The translations under genes were made by a program, and so were the position numbers. Positions 10,407 to 20,094 of a stretch of DNA of 64,000 nt are shown one piece after another (position 1 is the first letter of the stretch; the number at the start of each line of letters is the position of its first letter). Under the pieces are notes generated by a model. The model was not told the DNA's origin. It was given only the letters and a program-made list of their open reading frames with translations, and did no database searches. The DNA comes from a plasmid. Location of the stretch: sequence record OW849299.1; one strand, 5' to 3'.

Positions 10407-11318
10407 CTAGCCCATCAAGGATTGTAGGCTTTCTTGGCTGCTAAAGCGTTTGACGAAAAAGTCCAAGAAGGCGCTGATATTGGTGGCTAATTGTCTGCGG
10501 CTCGAATACACCCCGTAGACCTTAAAGGGTTCAATCGGCCATTCCTGTAAGATTGGCACTAGCTGGCCGTTGGCGAGTTCGGTTTTGCAGGCGGAGTTTG
10601 ATAGCATTGCAATCCCAAAGTCATCGAGGGCTAACTGCTTAACCATAATCGGGCTATTGACCCTGACTTTACGCTGAAAGTTTACCATGGTTTTGCGAGC
10701 ACCTTTGCCTAAGGGCCATATGGGTGCTGAGCGGGATGTTCCTAGCAGAATACCACTATGATCGCTCAGCTCCTTAGGTGTTGCGGGGGTGCCGCGTGCT
10801 TTTAAATAGCCAGGGCTTGCTACCAGAATTGGTTGACGCTCGAACAGTAATCTTGCAACAAGATCAGAGGATTGCAGTGGCCCATATTTGATAGCTATGT
10901 CATATCCTTCACCCACCAAACCTATATCGTTGTCGGTAAACTGGACATCTAATTCCACATTGGGATATAAACGCATGAATCCGCTACAGAGGTTAGCAAT
11001 TAATTCTTGGCTAAAAGAGACCGGAATGGCTATCCGTAATGATCCTGATACATCATCATGGGTACTCTCGATAACAGCCTTGGCCGCTTCCACCTCATTG
11101 CGAATGGAATCACAGTGTTGATAAAAGAGTGCCCCGACTTGGGTAAGACTCAGGTTACGGGTGTCGCGTTGTAACAATCGCACGCCTAGTTGTTCTTCAA
11201 GCTGCGCGATTTTGCGACTTATGGTGGATTTTGGGTGGCCGGTTTCACGTGCAGCTTGGGAGAATCCCTTTGCTCTCACTACGGCTGCAAATAGCATCAT
11301 ACCGTTTAAATCTGGCAT
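10407..11318 (-). CDS. lysR: LysR-family transcriptional regulator (Tn1999 lysR)
   Basis: 303-aa ORF, N-terminal HTH_1 (…FSQAARETGHPKSTISRKIAQLEEQLGVRLL…) and LysR substrate-binding domain. Confidence 0.85.
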   Translation of the reverse strand: MPDLNGMMLFAAVVRAKGFSQAARETGHPKSTISRKIAQLEEQLGVRLLQRDTRNLSLTQVGALFYQHCDSIRNEVEAAKAVIESTHDDVSGSLRIAIPVSFSQELIANLCSGFMRLYPNVELDVQFTDNDIGLVGEGYDIAIKYGPLQSSDLVARLLFERQPILVASPGYLKARGTPATPKELSDHSGILLGTSRSAPIWPLGKGARKTMVNFQRKVRVNSPIMVKQLALDDFGIAMLSNSACKTELANGQLVPILQEWPIEPFKVYGVYSSRRQLATNISAFLDFFVKRFSSQESLQSLMG

Positions 11319-11514
11319 GTTTTTCCCACTGTCTCATATTTGGAACATAGCGTCTTATGCAGTTTAATGGCATTTGGCGGGATAACAAAGTTATATTTAT
11401 TGGCTAAAAATTTTCAGAGGCTAAAGCAGAGGATCTTTTGATGACCAGCAATAATCAGCCCAAACACATGACTCAAGCCCAAACGCCCGATCCGCTTTTT
11501 TTACAGGCCGAGCA

Positions 11515-12842
11515 CTGAAGAATCCCCTGATGATTTACAAATAAATCATCAAATTAGGGTGGAAGCGCATCTTGTTGCATGATCAAATGGTTTCGCCAAA
11601 AACTACACTTGGACAACAAGATGCGCGAAGCCAATATCCTACAACATTCTTTACACCAATACTGCCCAGAACTTCACCTAAAACGATTAAACAGCTTGAT
11701 GCTGGCCTCTAAGGCGCTGATTGAATGTAAGACACTGACCTTGACTGAGTTAGGTCGAAATTTACCAACCACGGCCCGAACCAAGCACAACATCAAGCGC
11801 ATTGATCGTTTGCTCGGCAACACGCATCTGCATCAAGAACGGTTAGCTGTCTACCAATGGCATGCCAGCCTCATCTGTTCTGGTAACCCTATGCCGATTG
11901 TGCTCGTCGATTGGTCAGACATCCGAGAGCATAAACGCATCATGGCTCTGCGCGCCTCAATAGCCTTCAATGGCCGCTCTATTACCCTGTATGAGAAGTC
12001 CTATCCCCTATCAGAACAATGCTCTAAGGCCTCCCACAACGGTTTTTTAGCGGACTTAGCCAAGATTTTACCTTTGCATGTTACCCCTCTCATCGTGACT
12101 GACGCGGGGTTCAAAGTGCCTTGGTACAAAGAGGTTGAGGCGCATGGTTGGTTTTGGCTAAGCCGTATTCGCGGTACAGTTCAATTTGCAGATATTGGCG
12201 CTGAAAATTGGCGTGCAGTTCGAAGTACACATGACTTGGCCAACGGTCAAGCGAAGAGCCTGGGTTGTAAGACTTTGACCAAAACTAACCCTATCAATTG
12301 CCATCTCACGCTTTATCGTAGCAAACCTAAGGGGCGTACAAATCAGCGTTCAACGAGGACTAATTGCCACCATCCATCGGCAAAAACGTACTCAACATCG
12401 GCGAAAGAGCCTTGGGTGTTAGCCAGCAATTTACCACCAGAATCTCGGAGCCCAAAGCAGCTGGTAAACCTGTACGCCAAACGTATGCAAATAGAGGAAA
12501 CCTTTCGTGACCTCAAAAGCCCGGCATACGGCTTTGGCTTACGCCAAAGTCGTACCAACAGTCCAGAGCGATTCGACATCATCCTACTGATAGCGTTGAT
12601 GGTTCAATGCCTGTTGTGGCTAGTTGGTTTACACGCACAGCAACAGGGCTGGGATAAGCATTTTCAGGCCAATACCATTGGGCATCGAACGGTACTCTCA
12701 ACGATTCGCTTGGGATTGGAGGTACTCAGGCGGCCTGATTATCAAATCACGGAGAAAGAATTGCTGGCGGCCTGGGTATTATTCGCCAATCAGTTGCTCA
12801 AATATGGCTATGCTATGGCTGATTTATGAGGGGATCCTTCAG
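11515..12842 (+). mobile_element. IS1999, downstream copy (intact, 1328 bp)
   Basis: Ends CTGAAGAATCCCCTGATGA… and …TGAGGGGATCCTTCAG. Confidence 0.9.
11579..12829 (+). CDS. IS1999 transposase (IS4 family, DDE)
   Basis: 416-aa ORF; the same protein as the split copy at 7190-8323. Confidence 0.9.
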   Translation: MIKWFRQKLHLDNKMREANILQHSLHQYCPELHLKRLNSLMLASKALIECKTLTLTELGRNLPTTARTKHNIKRIDRLLGNTHLHQERLAVYQWHASLICSGNPMPIVLVDWSDIREHKRIMALRASIAFNGRSITLYEKSYPLSEQCSKASHNGFLADLAKILPLHVTPLIVTDAGFKVPWYKEVEAHGWFWLSRIRGTVQFADIGAENWRAVRSTHDLANGQAKSLGCKTLTKTNPINCHLTLYRSKPKGRTNQRSTRTNCHHPSAKTYSTSAKEPWVLASNLPPESRSPKQLVNLYAKRMQIEETFRDLKSPAYGFGLRQSRTNSPERFDIILLIALMVQCLLWLVGLHAQQQGWDKHFQANTIGHRTVLSTIRLGLEVLRRPDYQITEKELLAAWVLFANQLLKYGYAMADL

Positions 12843-13069
12843 TGCTGAACGTCTTCCGTTCGAGGTACAACTGGACGATGTGGCTGGGCGCGCTGATAAC
12901 GTCTTTGCTGTTTGCCGCCGTGCATATGCAGTATCAGAACCTGCTGACCCTGGCAGAAATGTTCCTGGTGGGGCTGATTACATCAGCTGCCCGGATCAGA
13001 AGTGGCGGCCTGCTGCTGCCGGTATTGCTGCATATGGAAGCTACCGCGCTGGGTTTACTGTTGGGCTGA
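12843..13069 (+). pseudogene. tir: tir C-terminal part (continues the frame of 6741-7176 after Tn1999.2)
   Basis: …LNVFRSRYNWTMWLGALITSLLFAAVHMQY… CPBP motif-3-like; frame restored exactly across the transposon. Confidence 0.8.
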
Positions 13070-13126
13070 AAGTTATATTTTTATTAAATATTGTGCGTTA
13101 AAGGCTGGTATGTTTTTTTGTGAATG

Positions 13127-13142
13127 TTATATTTAAATATAA
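13127..13142. promoter_or_regulatory. Perfect 16-bp palindrome TTATATTTAAATATAA, candidate PemI/PemK operator in the pem promoter
   Basis: 19 nt upstream of the pemI ATG, overlapping -10-like TATATTTAAAT; a half-site repeat GTTATATTTTTATTAAATATTG lies at 13062-13083. Confidence 0.55.
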
Positions 13143-13160
13143 CTTTTATGGAGGTGAAAA

Positions 13161-13418
13161 ATGCATACCACTCGACTGAAGAAGGTTGGCGGCTCAGTCA
13201 TGCTGACCGTCCCACCGGCACTGCTGAATGCGCTGTCGCTGGGTACAGATAATGAAGTTGGCATGGTCATTGATAATGGCCGGCTGATTGTGGAGCCGCA
13301 CAGACGCCCGCAGTATTCACTGGCTGAGCTGTTGGCACAGTGCGATCCGAACGCTGAAATCTCGGCAGAAGAACGTGAATGGCTGGATGCGCCGGCGGCT
13401 GGTCAGGAGGAAATCTGA
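13161..13418 (+). CDS. pemI: PemI antitoxin (MazE/PemI family)
   Basis: 85-aa ORF MHTTRLKKVGGSVMLTVPPALL…; SD GGAGGTG; immediately followed by pemK. Confidence 0.85.
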   Translation: MHTTRLKKVGGSVMLTVPPALLNALSLGTDNEVGMVIDNGRLIVEPHRRPQYSLAELLAQCDPNAEISAEEREWLDAPAAGQEEI

Positions 13419-13419
13419 C

Positions 13420-13752
13420 ATGGAAAGAGGGGAAATCTGGCTTGTCTCGCTTGACCCTACCGCAGGTCATGAGCAGCAGGGAACGCGGCCGGTACTGATT
13501 GTCACGCCGGCTGCTTTTAACCGCGTGACCCGCCTGCCTGTTGTTGTGCCCGTGACCAGCGGAGGCAATTTTGCCCGCACAGCAGGCTTTGCTGTGTCGC
13601 TTGACGGCGCCGGCATACGTACCACCGGCGTTGTGCGTTGCGATCAACCCCGGACGATCGATATGAAAGCCCGCGGCGGCAAACGACTCGAACGGGTGCC
13701 AGAGACTATCATGGACGACGTTCTTGGCCGTCTGGCCACCATCCTGACCTGA
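13420..13752 (+). CDS. pemK: PemK toxin (MazF/Kid family endoribonuclease)
   Basis: 110-aa ORF MERGEIWLVSLDPTAGHEQQGTRPVLIVT…; ATG 2 nt after the pemI stop. Confidence 0.85.
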   Translation: MERGEIWLVSLDPTAGHEQQGTRPVLIVTPAAFNRVTRLPVVVPVTSGGNFARTAGFAVSLDGAGIRTTGVVRCDQPRTIDMKARGGKRLERVPETIMDDVLGRLATILT

Positions 13753-13844
13753 CCCCAGCGTGCCGGCATGAAATATGCCGGCATTGCCTGTTTCCTGAAG
13801 CCTGCAATATACTGTATGTATAAACAGTTATTGGAGGCTAAATT

Positions 13845-14279
13845 ATGGCGCTGGATCTCGTTTATCCCCGGCCTTCAGTGGAAGGTGACGCACTCCCTTT
13901 TTTTGCCGAGCCCGTTGCGGCCGGCTTTCCCAGCCCGGCCGCAGGCTATGAGGCCAATGAACTTAACCTGCATGATTACTGCGTGCGGCGTCCGGCCGCA
14001 ACGTACTTCTTGCGTGTGTCCGGCGATTCTATGCGTGATGCCCGCATTCATGATGGCGATGTGCTGGTCGTCGATCGGGCAGAAGAGCCCCGGCACGGCA
14101 GCATCGTGATTGCCAGCATCGATAATGAATTTACGGTCAAGCAGCTGCAGCTCCGCCCTTACCCCTGCCTGATGCCGCTGAATCCGGCTTTTCCGCCAAT
14201 CAGGTTTGATCCGGAGGCGCTGCAGATATGGGGTGTGGTTACGTTCACTGTCATGAGACACCGCCCGTGTACGCCTTAA
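13845..14279 (+). CDS. mucA: MucA (UmuD-like, LexA-type peptidase S24)
   Basis: 144 aa, Ser-Lys dyad context (…[21 protein letters not shown]…). Confidence 0.8.
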   Translation: MALDLVYPRPSVEGDALPFFAEPVAAGFPSPAAGYEANELNLHDYCVRRPAATYFLRVSGDSMRDARIHDGDVLVVDRAEEPRHGSIVIASIDNEFTVKQLQLRPYPCLMPLNPAFPPIRFDPEALQIWGVVTFTVMRHRPCTP

Positions 14280-15532
14280 TCGATGTCAATTCGATGTACT
14301 GCAGCTGCGAAGAAGCGTTCCGCCCTGATTTACGAGGTCGCCCTGTGGTCGTTCTCAGCAACAACGACGGGGCGCTTGTTGCGGTCAATCGCGCGGCGAA
14401 AGCGCTTGGCGTGCGCCGCGGGGAGCCCTATTTCCGCTGCCGCCGCCTGCTGGAACAGCATAACGTTGCCGTATTCAGTTCCAACTACACCCTTTACGCC
14501 TCATTCTCCGCCAGATTTGCAACCGTGGTGGAGAGTCTGGCGCCGCGGACATTTGTTTACTCAATTGATGAGCTCTTTGCGGATGCCTCTCATATGGAGG
14601 GAGTGATGACGCCGCAGGCGTTTGGCCAGCTTTTGCGGGCTGAAGTGCTGCGCCAGACAACGCTCACCTGTGGAGTCGGCGTCGCGCCAACGAAGACGCT
14701 GGCCAAACTGTGCAACCACGCCGCGAAGACGTGGCCTGCCACCGGGGGGGTTGTGGCGCTCAGTGATCCTGTAAGACTGAAAAGGCTGATGAGCCTGGTG
14801 TCGGCCGGCGATGTGTGGGGGGTTGGCCATCGTACCGAAAAAGGGCTGGCGACAATGGGGATCAAAACGGCGCTGGCGCTCGCAGAGATGGATATCCGAC
14901 TGGCACGCCGGCTGTACGGTGTGACGCTGGAACGCACCATCCGTGAGCTGCGTGGCGAGGCCTGCTTTGCCCTGGAAGAAGGTACCGGCGCGAAACAGCA
15001 GCTTGTTGTATCCCGTTCGTTTGGATCGCGGGTCACGCAACTGGCGCAGATGCAGCAGGCGGTGACTAAATATGCCACACGGGCAGGAGAAAAGTTGCGC
15101 CAGGAAAACCGTCTGGCGAAGGTGGTAACGGTCTTTATCCGCAGCAGTGCTTATGACGCCGGCGGTGTGCCCTACAGTAACCAGGCTACGGAAGTGCTTC
15201 CCGTGCCAAGCCAGGATACCCGCGACATCATCGCCGCGGCGCAGCTGGGACTGTCGCGTATCTGGCGTGAGGGCGTGCGGTATGCAAAAGCCGGCGTGAT
15301 GCTCAGCGATCTGCAGGGATATGAAACCCAGCTGGATCTGTTTTCGCCGGCTGCTGTGCGGCCGGGCAGCGAAAAACTGATGGCCACCATCGACAAAATA
15401 AACAGGGAAGGAAGGTCAAGGATCTTCTTCGCCGGAGAAGGTATTGATCCGGAATATGCCATGCGCCGTGAAATGTTGTCCCCGGCCTACACCACGCAGT
15501 GGAAGGATATTCCCGCGGCGTTTATGCGATAA
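14267..15532 (+). CDS. mucB: MucB (UmuC-like Y-family DNA polymerase V subunit)
   Basis: Aligns with E. coli UmuC from [15 protein letters not shown]…; GTG 14267 proposed as the start by alignment (the longer ORF starts at 14228). Confidence 0.8.
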   Translation: MYALIDVNSMYCSCEEAFRPDLRGRPVVVLSNNDGALVAVNRAAKALGVRRGEPYFRCRRLLEQHNVAVFSSNYTLYASFSARFATVVESLAPRTFVYSIDELFADASHMEGVMTPQAFGQLLRAEVLRQTTLTCGVGVAPTKTLAKLCNHAAKTWPATGGVVALSDPVRLKRLMSLVSAGDVWGVGHRTEKGLATMGIKTALALAEMDIRLARRLYGVTLERTIRELRGEACFALEEGTGAKQQLVVSRSFGSRVTQLAQMQQAVTKYATRAGEKLRQENRLAKVVTVFIRSSAYDAGGVPYSNQATEVLPVPSQDTRDIIAAAQLGLSRIWREGVRYAKAGVMLSDLQGYETQLDLFSPAAVRPGSEKLMATIDKINREGRSRIFFAGEGIDPEYAMRREMLSPAYTTQWKDIPAAFMR

Positions 15533-15654
15533 CAGCGATGTGCAGCCGCTCTTGACGGCGGCTTGTTTTCCCTGGTGTCGGGAACATTAAAACCTCTCCT
15601 TACTGCCCGCGTGATAGGGCCGTATTTCCGGCTAATTCCAGATAGTCCCGGCCC

Positions 15655-15864
15655 TTATCGTGGTGCATAGCCCTCTTCAGCCAGTGCTTTCATGATCTGG
15701 TTGATTCCATCCATCATCAGATATGCCTCAATATCTGACGTCGCCAGGCCGCGGCAGTCACTGAATCCCAGACGCTTAACCAGTTGCGCCAGAGCCTGCG
15801 CTTCTCTGTGTGTCAGCTGTATATTCACTTCAACGGGTTTTTCGTGGCGAATTTCATCTTTCAT
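15655..15864 (-). CDS. Hypothetical 69-aa protein
   Basis: ATG 15862-15864 with SD AAGGA; overlaps the stop of the upstream 72-aa gene; no recognisable family. Confidence 0.4.
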   Translation of the reverse strand: MKDEIRHEKPVEVNIQLTHREAQALAQLVKRLGFSDCRGLATSDIEAYLMMDGINQIMKALAEEGYAPR

Positions 15865-15866
15865 GG

Positions 15867-16085
15867 TCAGAGTCCTTTTTTGATGTTTCGTGAAATGTAC
15901 CAGGCTTCTTTTGCCTGAGCTACAGCCCAGATCCAGACGAGAGTTGACACAATGCACAGCCCCGTCATGTTCCAGAAATGACCTGTCGTATATTCATGGC
16001 TATGAAGCAGGAGGCCGGCGCCGGCCGCCAGGCTCATGACCAGGAAAAGGACGGCTGCGCCGGCGTGATAAATGATGCTGAACAT
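15867..16085 (-). CDS. Hypothetical small membrane protein (two predicted TM helices)
   Basis: 72-aa hydrophobic ORF, directly upstream of 15655-15864 (stop/start overlap). Confidence 0.4.
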   Translation of the reverse strand: MFSIIYHAGAAVLFLVMSLAAGAGLLLHSHEYTTGHFWNMTGLCIVSTLVWIWAVAQAKEAWYISRNIKKGL

Positions 16086-16129
16086 GTAAAACCCCCTTCT
16101 GGCGACGGTAGCGCCAGTCTCTGTCTGTA

Positions 16130-16813
16130 TTAAATGGTTGCCGCCTGCCGGGCGTCTGCCTGCATCATGGCGTCAATCAGGGCGCCGGCGCAGGCAATAT
16201 TCAGGCACGTCATGTTCGATTTCAGGGTCGCCATCATGTCCGCGCGGCTTCTTTTAAGAAACGGCTGCAGCGGACCACGATAGCCCTGTGAGGTCACGAT
16301 AATCAGCTGAGCGGCCGCATCATGCAGTGCCGGCACGCCGGCCAGAATATCCTGCTCAGCCGCGCTGATATACACGGGTGAACCGGCGATCACAAAGCGA
16401 TCGTCCGGGCAGCGTTGCATCAGCTCAGCCAGGGAGGCGCAGCGGCCCGCCAGCGGGGGGCGTGCCGTCAGTGAGCCCCAGACGGTCGCCGGCGCGAAGG
16501 GCATGGCGTGAAACGTTGCCTCATACGCGACCGCCGGATCGGTATGGTGGCGCAGCCCCAGACCGGCCGACATGGCCCACAGCTCGATGCCCGGCCACCG
16601 CGCCGCGATACCGCGGGCACGCAGCCAGTGTGCGCCCCGGTAAAGCTCTCCCGTTTCCAGCACCCTGCCAGGACGGCGGGCGGCCTGGGCGATCAGCCTG
16701 TACCAGCCGTCAAAGGCGTCATCAAGGGAAGTGTCGCCCGGAAAAACGGTATCCTCCACGCTGCCCGCCTTGCGCCGGGTACAGGTGGTGATGAGGTGAA
16801 GACGTTTGTTCAT
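16130..16813 (-). CDS. Hypothetical protein (227 aa, ~65% GC gene), third gene of a three-gene operon
   Basis: ATGA overlap with the upstream gene; SD GGGAGG; no recognisable motif. Confidence 0.5.
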   Translation of the reverse strand: MNKRLHLITTCTRRKAGSVEDTVFPGDTSLDDAFDGWYRLIAQAARRPGRVLETGELYRGAHWLRARGIAARWPGIELWAMSAGLGLRHHTDPAVAYEATFHAMPFAPATVWGSLTARPPLAGRCASLAELMQRCPDDRFVIAGSPVYISAAEQDILAGVPALHDAAAQLIIVTSQGYRGPLQPFLKRSRADMMATLKSNMTCLNIACAGALIDAMMQADARQAATI

Positions 16814-17082
16814 TCAGGGCCTCCCGGCTCTGGTGCGTCTGTGCCTGCCGCGCGCGGTTCGCCGGGCCGCCGGGCACGCATATCGGGCAGACCCCGGCAG
16901 GCATCGTTCCAGTGCGTGCCCCGATCGGGGTTATTGGCCAGCTTACTGATCCAGGTTTCTGACACATTCCAGCGGCGGGCCAGATCCTTCTGCTTCCAGC
17001 CTTTCGCCCTGAGCAGTGCCCGCCACTCCTGCGGGGAAAGTGGCGCCGCCGTGATGCCGTCCGCATAACAGGTCGTTTTCAT
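16810..17082 (-). CDS. Small HTH DNA-binding protein (Cro/Ner-like)
   Basis: 90 aa; …KQKDLARRWNVSETWISKLANN… helix-turn-helix; SD GGGAG. Confidence 0.5.
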   Translation of the reverse strand: MKTTCYADGITAAPLSPQEWRALLRAKGWKQKDLARRWNVSETWISKLANNPDRGTHWNDACRGLPDMRARRPGEPRAAGTDAPEPGGPE

Positions 17083-17100
17083 CGCGTGAGGCTCCCGGCC

Positions 17101-18288
17101 CTAATCCTGCCCCGGCCGTGCCGGCTGGATTTGACGCAGTATTGTTGTTGCCTGCCATCCCGTAAACCCGAAGGTATCGGCCAGTTCGCCGGGCAGTGAC
17201 GCGGCCAGGCGCGGCAGTTCGTCCGGGGATTCATTGTGAAAGACAAAACAGACCCCCTCATCCCTGATGCGCGACATCAACATCGCAATAAGCCGGTGCA
17301 GCCCCTCATGGCTGGCGTGTTCAGTGACCTTTTCAGTAAACCGCCGGGGATTGCTGCAGCTGATGCCCCGGTCGGCCAGGAACGCCAGAAAGCGCTGCAG
17401 GAAACCGGGGAGATCCCTGGCGGCCAGGGCGGGTTTCAGCACCGCTTCTGCCTGGGCCTGTGTGAAGCCAAACGCCGCCGCCAGCTCAGGGGAAAAGTCC
17501 GGCGTGTCAGCGCTGGCCTCAAAAATGACGCCATCGTTTATGGCCTGCTGCATGTCCGGGGGCATATTCCCGATCATATTTTCACGCACGCCCCATGCAC
17601 GGCCGGCGCTTTCGGTCAGTCTCTGCGGATCGCTGCAGCTGACGCCCCGCTCCGCCAGGAACGTCAGGAAACGCTGCAGGACGGCGGCGCCGGACCCGGT
17701 GCTTTTTCCGCTCCGCCAGGCCGTATTATTTCGACTGACGATGGCAGGATCGACATGTTCGCTGTCTACGATGCTGTTAATGAACGTCACTGACTGTTCT
17801 TCGCTGAAATCAAAGTCGCGCTGTAACAGGGACAGCAGCCTGTCATGCCAGTCATCTTTCACGCGACTGGCGGCATTAACCATGAACGTGACGTTCAGTA
17901 CACCGGCCAGTAAACAGGCAGCCTGGTCGGCCACATACAGGCTGAAGTACTCCAGTACCGCCTGTTCAAATGCAGCGGGATCGCAGCAGACCACTTCCAC
18001 AGCTCCCAGCGACTGCAGAAACCGCCGGGTGTTTTCGGTCACAGCGTCGGCGGGATTGAGGGCGATGGCGCGGCCGCGCTGTGACTGGATGTCAAATGTG
18101 ACGATACGCTCCGTGACGGGCATCCGGCCGTGATCGGCGATGAAGCGGTAAAGCTGCTCCACCGCTTCCGTGGCGGTCATCCCCATTGCCTCCAGACGCA
18201 GTTCGGCGCGTTTCTTCAGCTGCTCATCGAGACGCACGGTCAGCTGGGCGTTTTTGGCCCGCTTTTTACGTTCAAAAAAACCGGTCAT
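17101..18288 (-). CDS. RHH (RelB/DinJ-like) N-terminal domain fused to a ~300-aa C-terminal region with an internal duplicated module
   Basis: Start ATG 18286-18288 (MTGFFERKK…) with strong SD AAGGAAGGAG. N-terminus resembles DinJ (…VRLDEQLKKRAELRLEAMGMT…). Internal repeat QRFLTFLAERGVSCSDPQRLTE / QRFLAFLADRGISCSNPRRFTE. Confidence 0.55.
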   Translation of the reverse strand: MTGFFERKKRAKNAQLTVRLDEQLKKRAELRLEAMGMTATEAVEQLYRFIADHGRMPVTERIVTFDIQSQRGRAIALNPADAVTENTRRFLQSLGAVEVVCCDPAAFEQAVLEYFSLYVADQAACLLAGVLNVTFMVNAASRVKDDWHDRLLSLLQRDFDFSEEQSVTFINSIVDSEHVDPAIVSRNNTAWRSGKSTGSGAAVLQRFLTFLAERGVSCSDPQRLTESAGRAWGVRENMIGNMPPDMQQAINDGVIFEASADTPDFSPELAAAFGFTQAQAEAVLKPALAARDLPGFLQRFLAFLADRGISCSNPRRFTEKVTEHASHEGLHRLIAMLMSRIRDEGVCFVFHNESPDELPRLAASLPGELADTFGFTGWQATTILRQIQPARPGQD

Positions 18289-18413
18289 GCTCCTTCCTTT
18301 TTGTACAGTCATCTGGCTTTACATAATGTACAGCCATTTGTACCGCACTTTTGCGCGCGGGACCACATTTTTTCGCCGTTGCGGTTTAGCGGTATTCTCC
18401 GCAGCGCCGCCAC

Positions 18414-18436
18414 TTATCCACCGTTTCTGTGGATAA
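18414..18436. promoter_or_regulatory. Inverted pair of DnaA boxes (TTATCCACC … TGTGGATAA) in the promoter region of the 17101-18288 operon
   Basis: Two consensus-like 9-mers in opposite orientation 5 bp apart, ~125 bp upstream of the gene start; an AT-rich tract follows at 18690-18790. Confidence 0.5.
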
Positions 18437-18814
18437 CGCTATATGTAGTGGCTCCGTCAGCCGGAAACGGCACAAGATATGGTGTCCGCGCCGGCAGCCG
18501 CGCGACCGTTCCCCTGCCTTCCTCTCCCTGTTGATTTCGTTTTTTCCGGTATTTACGTTTTTTCCGCAATGGCGGCACCGGCCAAAAGGTATTTTCCGGT
18601 GGTTGCGGGCGTAAAAGTCACAGGGTGAAAAGATAAGGGCGCAAATCATCCGGCGGGGTAAATCGTGCGGTCGTCACGCAGCGTGATGATTACCGGTGTG
18701 TTGCTTTATTAAATTAGCTTTTAGTGCTAAATCTAAATATTTATAATATACGAATGAAACCTAATTTATTAGAGTGTGGTTATTCAGTAAACAACGGCAA
18801 GCGGAGTGAATGGT

Positions 18815-19159
18815 ATGGAATATGAAGCGTACAAGGTTCGCGGCTACGGCTTCGGACTGAAGAAAGAGATCACCGGCGTGCTGGGTCGTTACCCCACGCA
18901 GGAAGAGGCGCAGAAGGTCGCGGACGACTACACGCAGGCCTGCCTGCCGGATAACCTGCCGGACAGCTACGATATGGGCATGGTCCGGCCGGTCGCTGCC
19001 GGCGAACCTGCCGCCCTCGATACGGACGTTTTTCGCGGTCCGGGCGCGCCGTTCATGATGGATGCCGGCCAGCTAAGCACAGGTCAAACCGTATGCCTGG
19101 GCAAAGCGGCGGATGGAAAACGGTTTTATGTCGGCGGGGAGCATTCCGGTGGCCAGTGA
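18815..19159 (+). CDS. Hypothetical protein (114 aa)
   Basis: ATG 18815 with SD GGAG; ~63% GC; no recognisable family. Confidence 0.45.
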   Translation: MEYEAYKVRGYGFGLKKEITGVLGRYPTQEEAQKVADDYTQACLPDNLPDSYDMGMVRPVAAGEPAALDTDVFRGPGAPFMMDAGQLSTGQTVCLGKAADGKRFYVGGEHSGGQ

Positions 19160-19183
19160 ACAATGTTTAACAGAGAGGGGGTT

Positions 19184-19342
19184 ATGATGCGTCAGGGGGT
19201 GATTTCTGCCGTTATATATTTACTGCTGGCAATGCTGGTCATGATCTACATGCCGGAGGGTTACTCCGCGATTAGCTGGGCCATAGGCGCGGTTGTGGTT
19301 GTGACGCTGATTTATATTCGTGCCCGTAAAGGAGAGGATTGA
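19184..19342 (+). CDS. Small hydrophobic protein (52 aa) not in the ORF track
   Basis: MMRQGVISAVIYLLLAMLVMIYMPEGYSAISWAIGAVVVVTLIYIRARKGED; SD GAGAGGGGG; stop overlaps the ATG of the next gene (TGATG). Confidence 0.45.
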   Translation: MMRQGVISAVIYLLLAMLVMIYMPEGYSAISWAIGAVVVVTLIYIRARKGED

Positions 19343-19926
19343 TGGCCACCAAGCATATTAATGACGAGCTCTGGCATCGTATTGAAGTTCTGACCGTCCG
19401 GGCAAATGCCAGGCAAAACCTGATCCGCCCGGTCAAAGAAGCGGACGTGCTTCATCTGGTTCTGCAGCGTGGCCTGGAGCTGCTTACAGACGACGATCTG
19501 CTGCAGCTGGGCAAGTACCGCCGGCCCATAGGATTTGTGCTGCGTCGGCCGGGCATGGAGATGCTGAAGCTGGACACACTGAGTATGGCTGACGCTGCTA
19601 CTATCCTCATGCGCAGCGGACCGGCAACGCTGTGCATCTGGAGTCGTGACGATATCCTGCGGCAGGCCAGTGAAGCGGTGATCCGCGAACGGCTACCGGA
19701 AATGGCCCTGCTGTCGGAGGGGGATGACCGGGCCCGGTTCCAGACGCTGCTGCCTGGCGTCTGGAATGCCGCGAACCGGGGCGAAACGGCCGTGATTTCC
19801 CTGCGTGCTGACAATGCGGATCTCGCTATTGCACGCATCACTGACCTGATGTGCGAATCCCTGCTGGGTTATAAGGGGCAGCGGGCATACCGGGCAGGTG
19901 AAAACGAACAGGGAGAAGAGTCATGA
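19342..19926 (+). CDS. Hypothetical protein (194 aa)
   Basis: MATKHINDELWHRIEVLTV…; translationally coupled to the upstream small ORF. Confidence 0.5.
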   Translation: MATKHINDELWHRIEVLTVRANARQNLIRPVKEADVLHLVLQRGLELLTDDDLLQLGKYRRPIGFVLRRPGMEMLKLDTLSMADAATILMRSGPATLCIWSRDDILRQASEAVIRERLPEMALLSEGDDRARFQTLLPGVWNAANRGETAVISLRADNADLAIARITDLMCESLLGYKGQRAYRAGENEQGEES

Positions 19927-20094
19927 ACATGCGAGGCATTCTTTTTGTACTACTTCTGGGAGGTCCGGAGCAAAAACGTGCAGCAGCTGGACAGTCGTGC
20001 TGAGCTGACCGGAGATGAGATCAGTGCAATTCAGAAACTGGCCGCGGACAGTTCTCGGACCGACATTTGATGAAATGAATAAGGATATACAAAA

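Larger units (their letters stand above)
7177..12842. mobile_element. Composite transposon Tn1999.2 (IS1999::IS1 - blaOXA-48 - lysR - IS1999)
   Basis: Two IS1999 copies in inverted orientation, terminal CTGAAGGATCCCC…/…GGGGATCCTTCAG, flanked by a 9-bp direct repeat TGCTGAACG (7168-7176 and 12843-12851) inside tir. Confidence 0.9.

Noticed and set aside
16378-17261. Long antisense ORFs (16378-16791, 16508-17068, 16722-17066, 16943-17158) within the high-GC operon
   Set aside because: High GC suppresses stop codons; the minus-strand genes have SDs and translational coupling.
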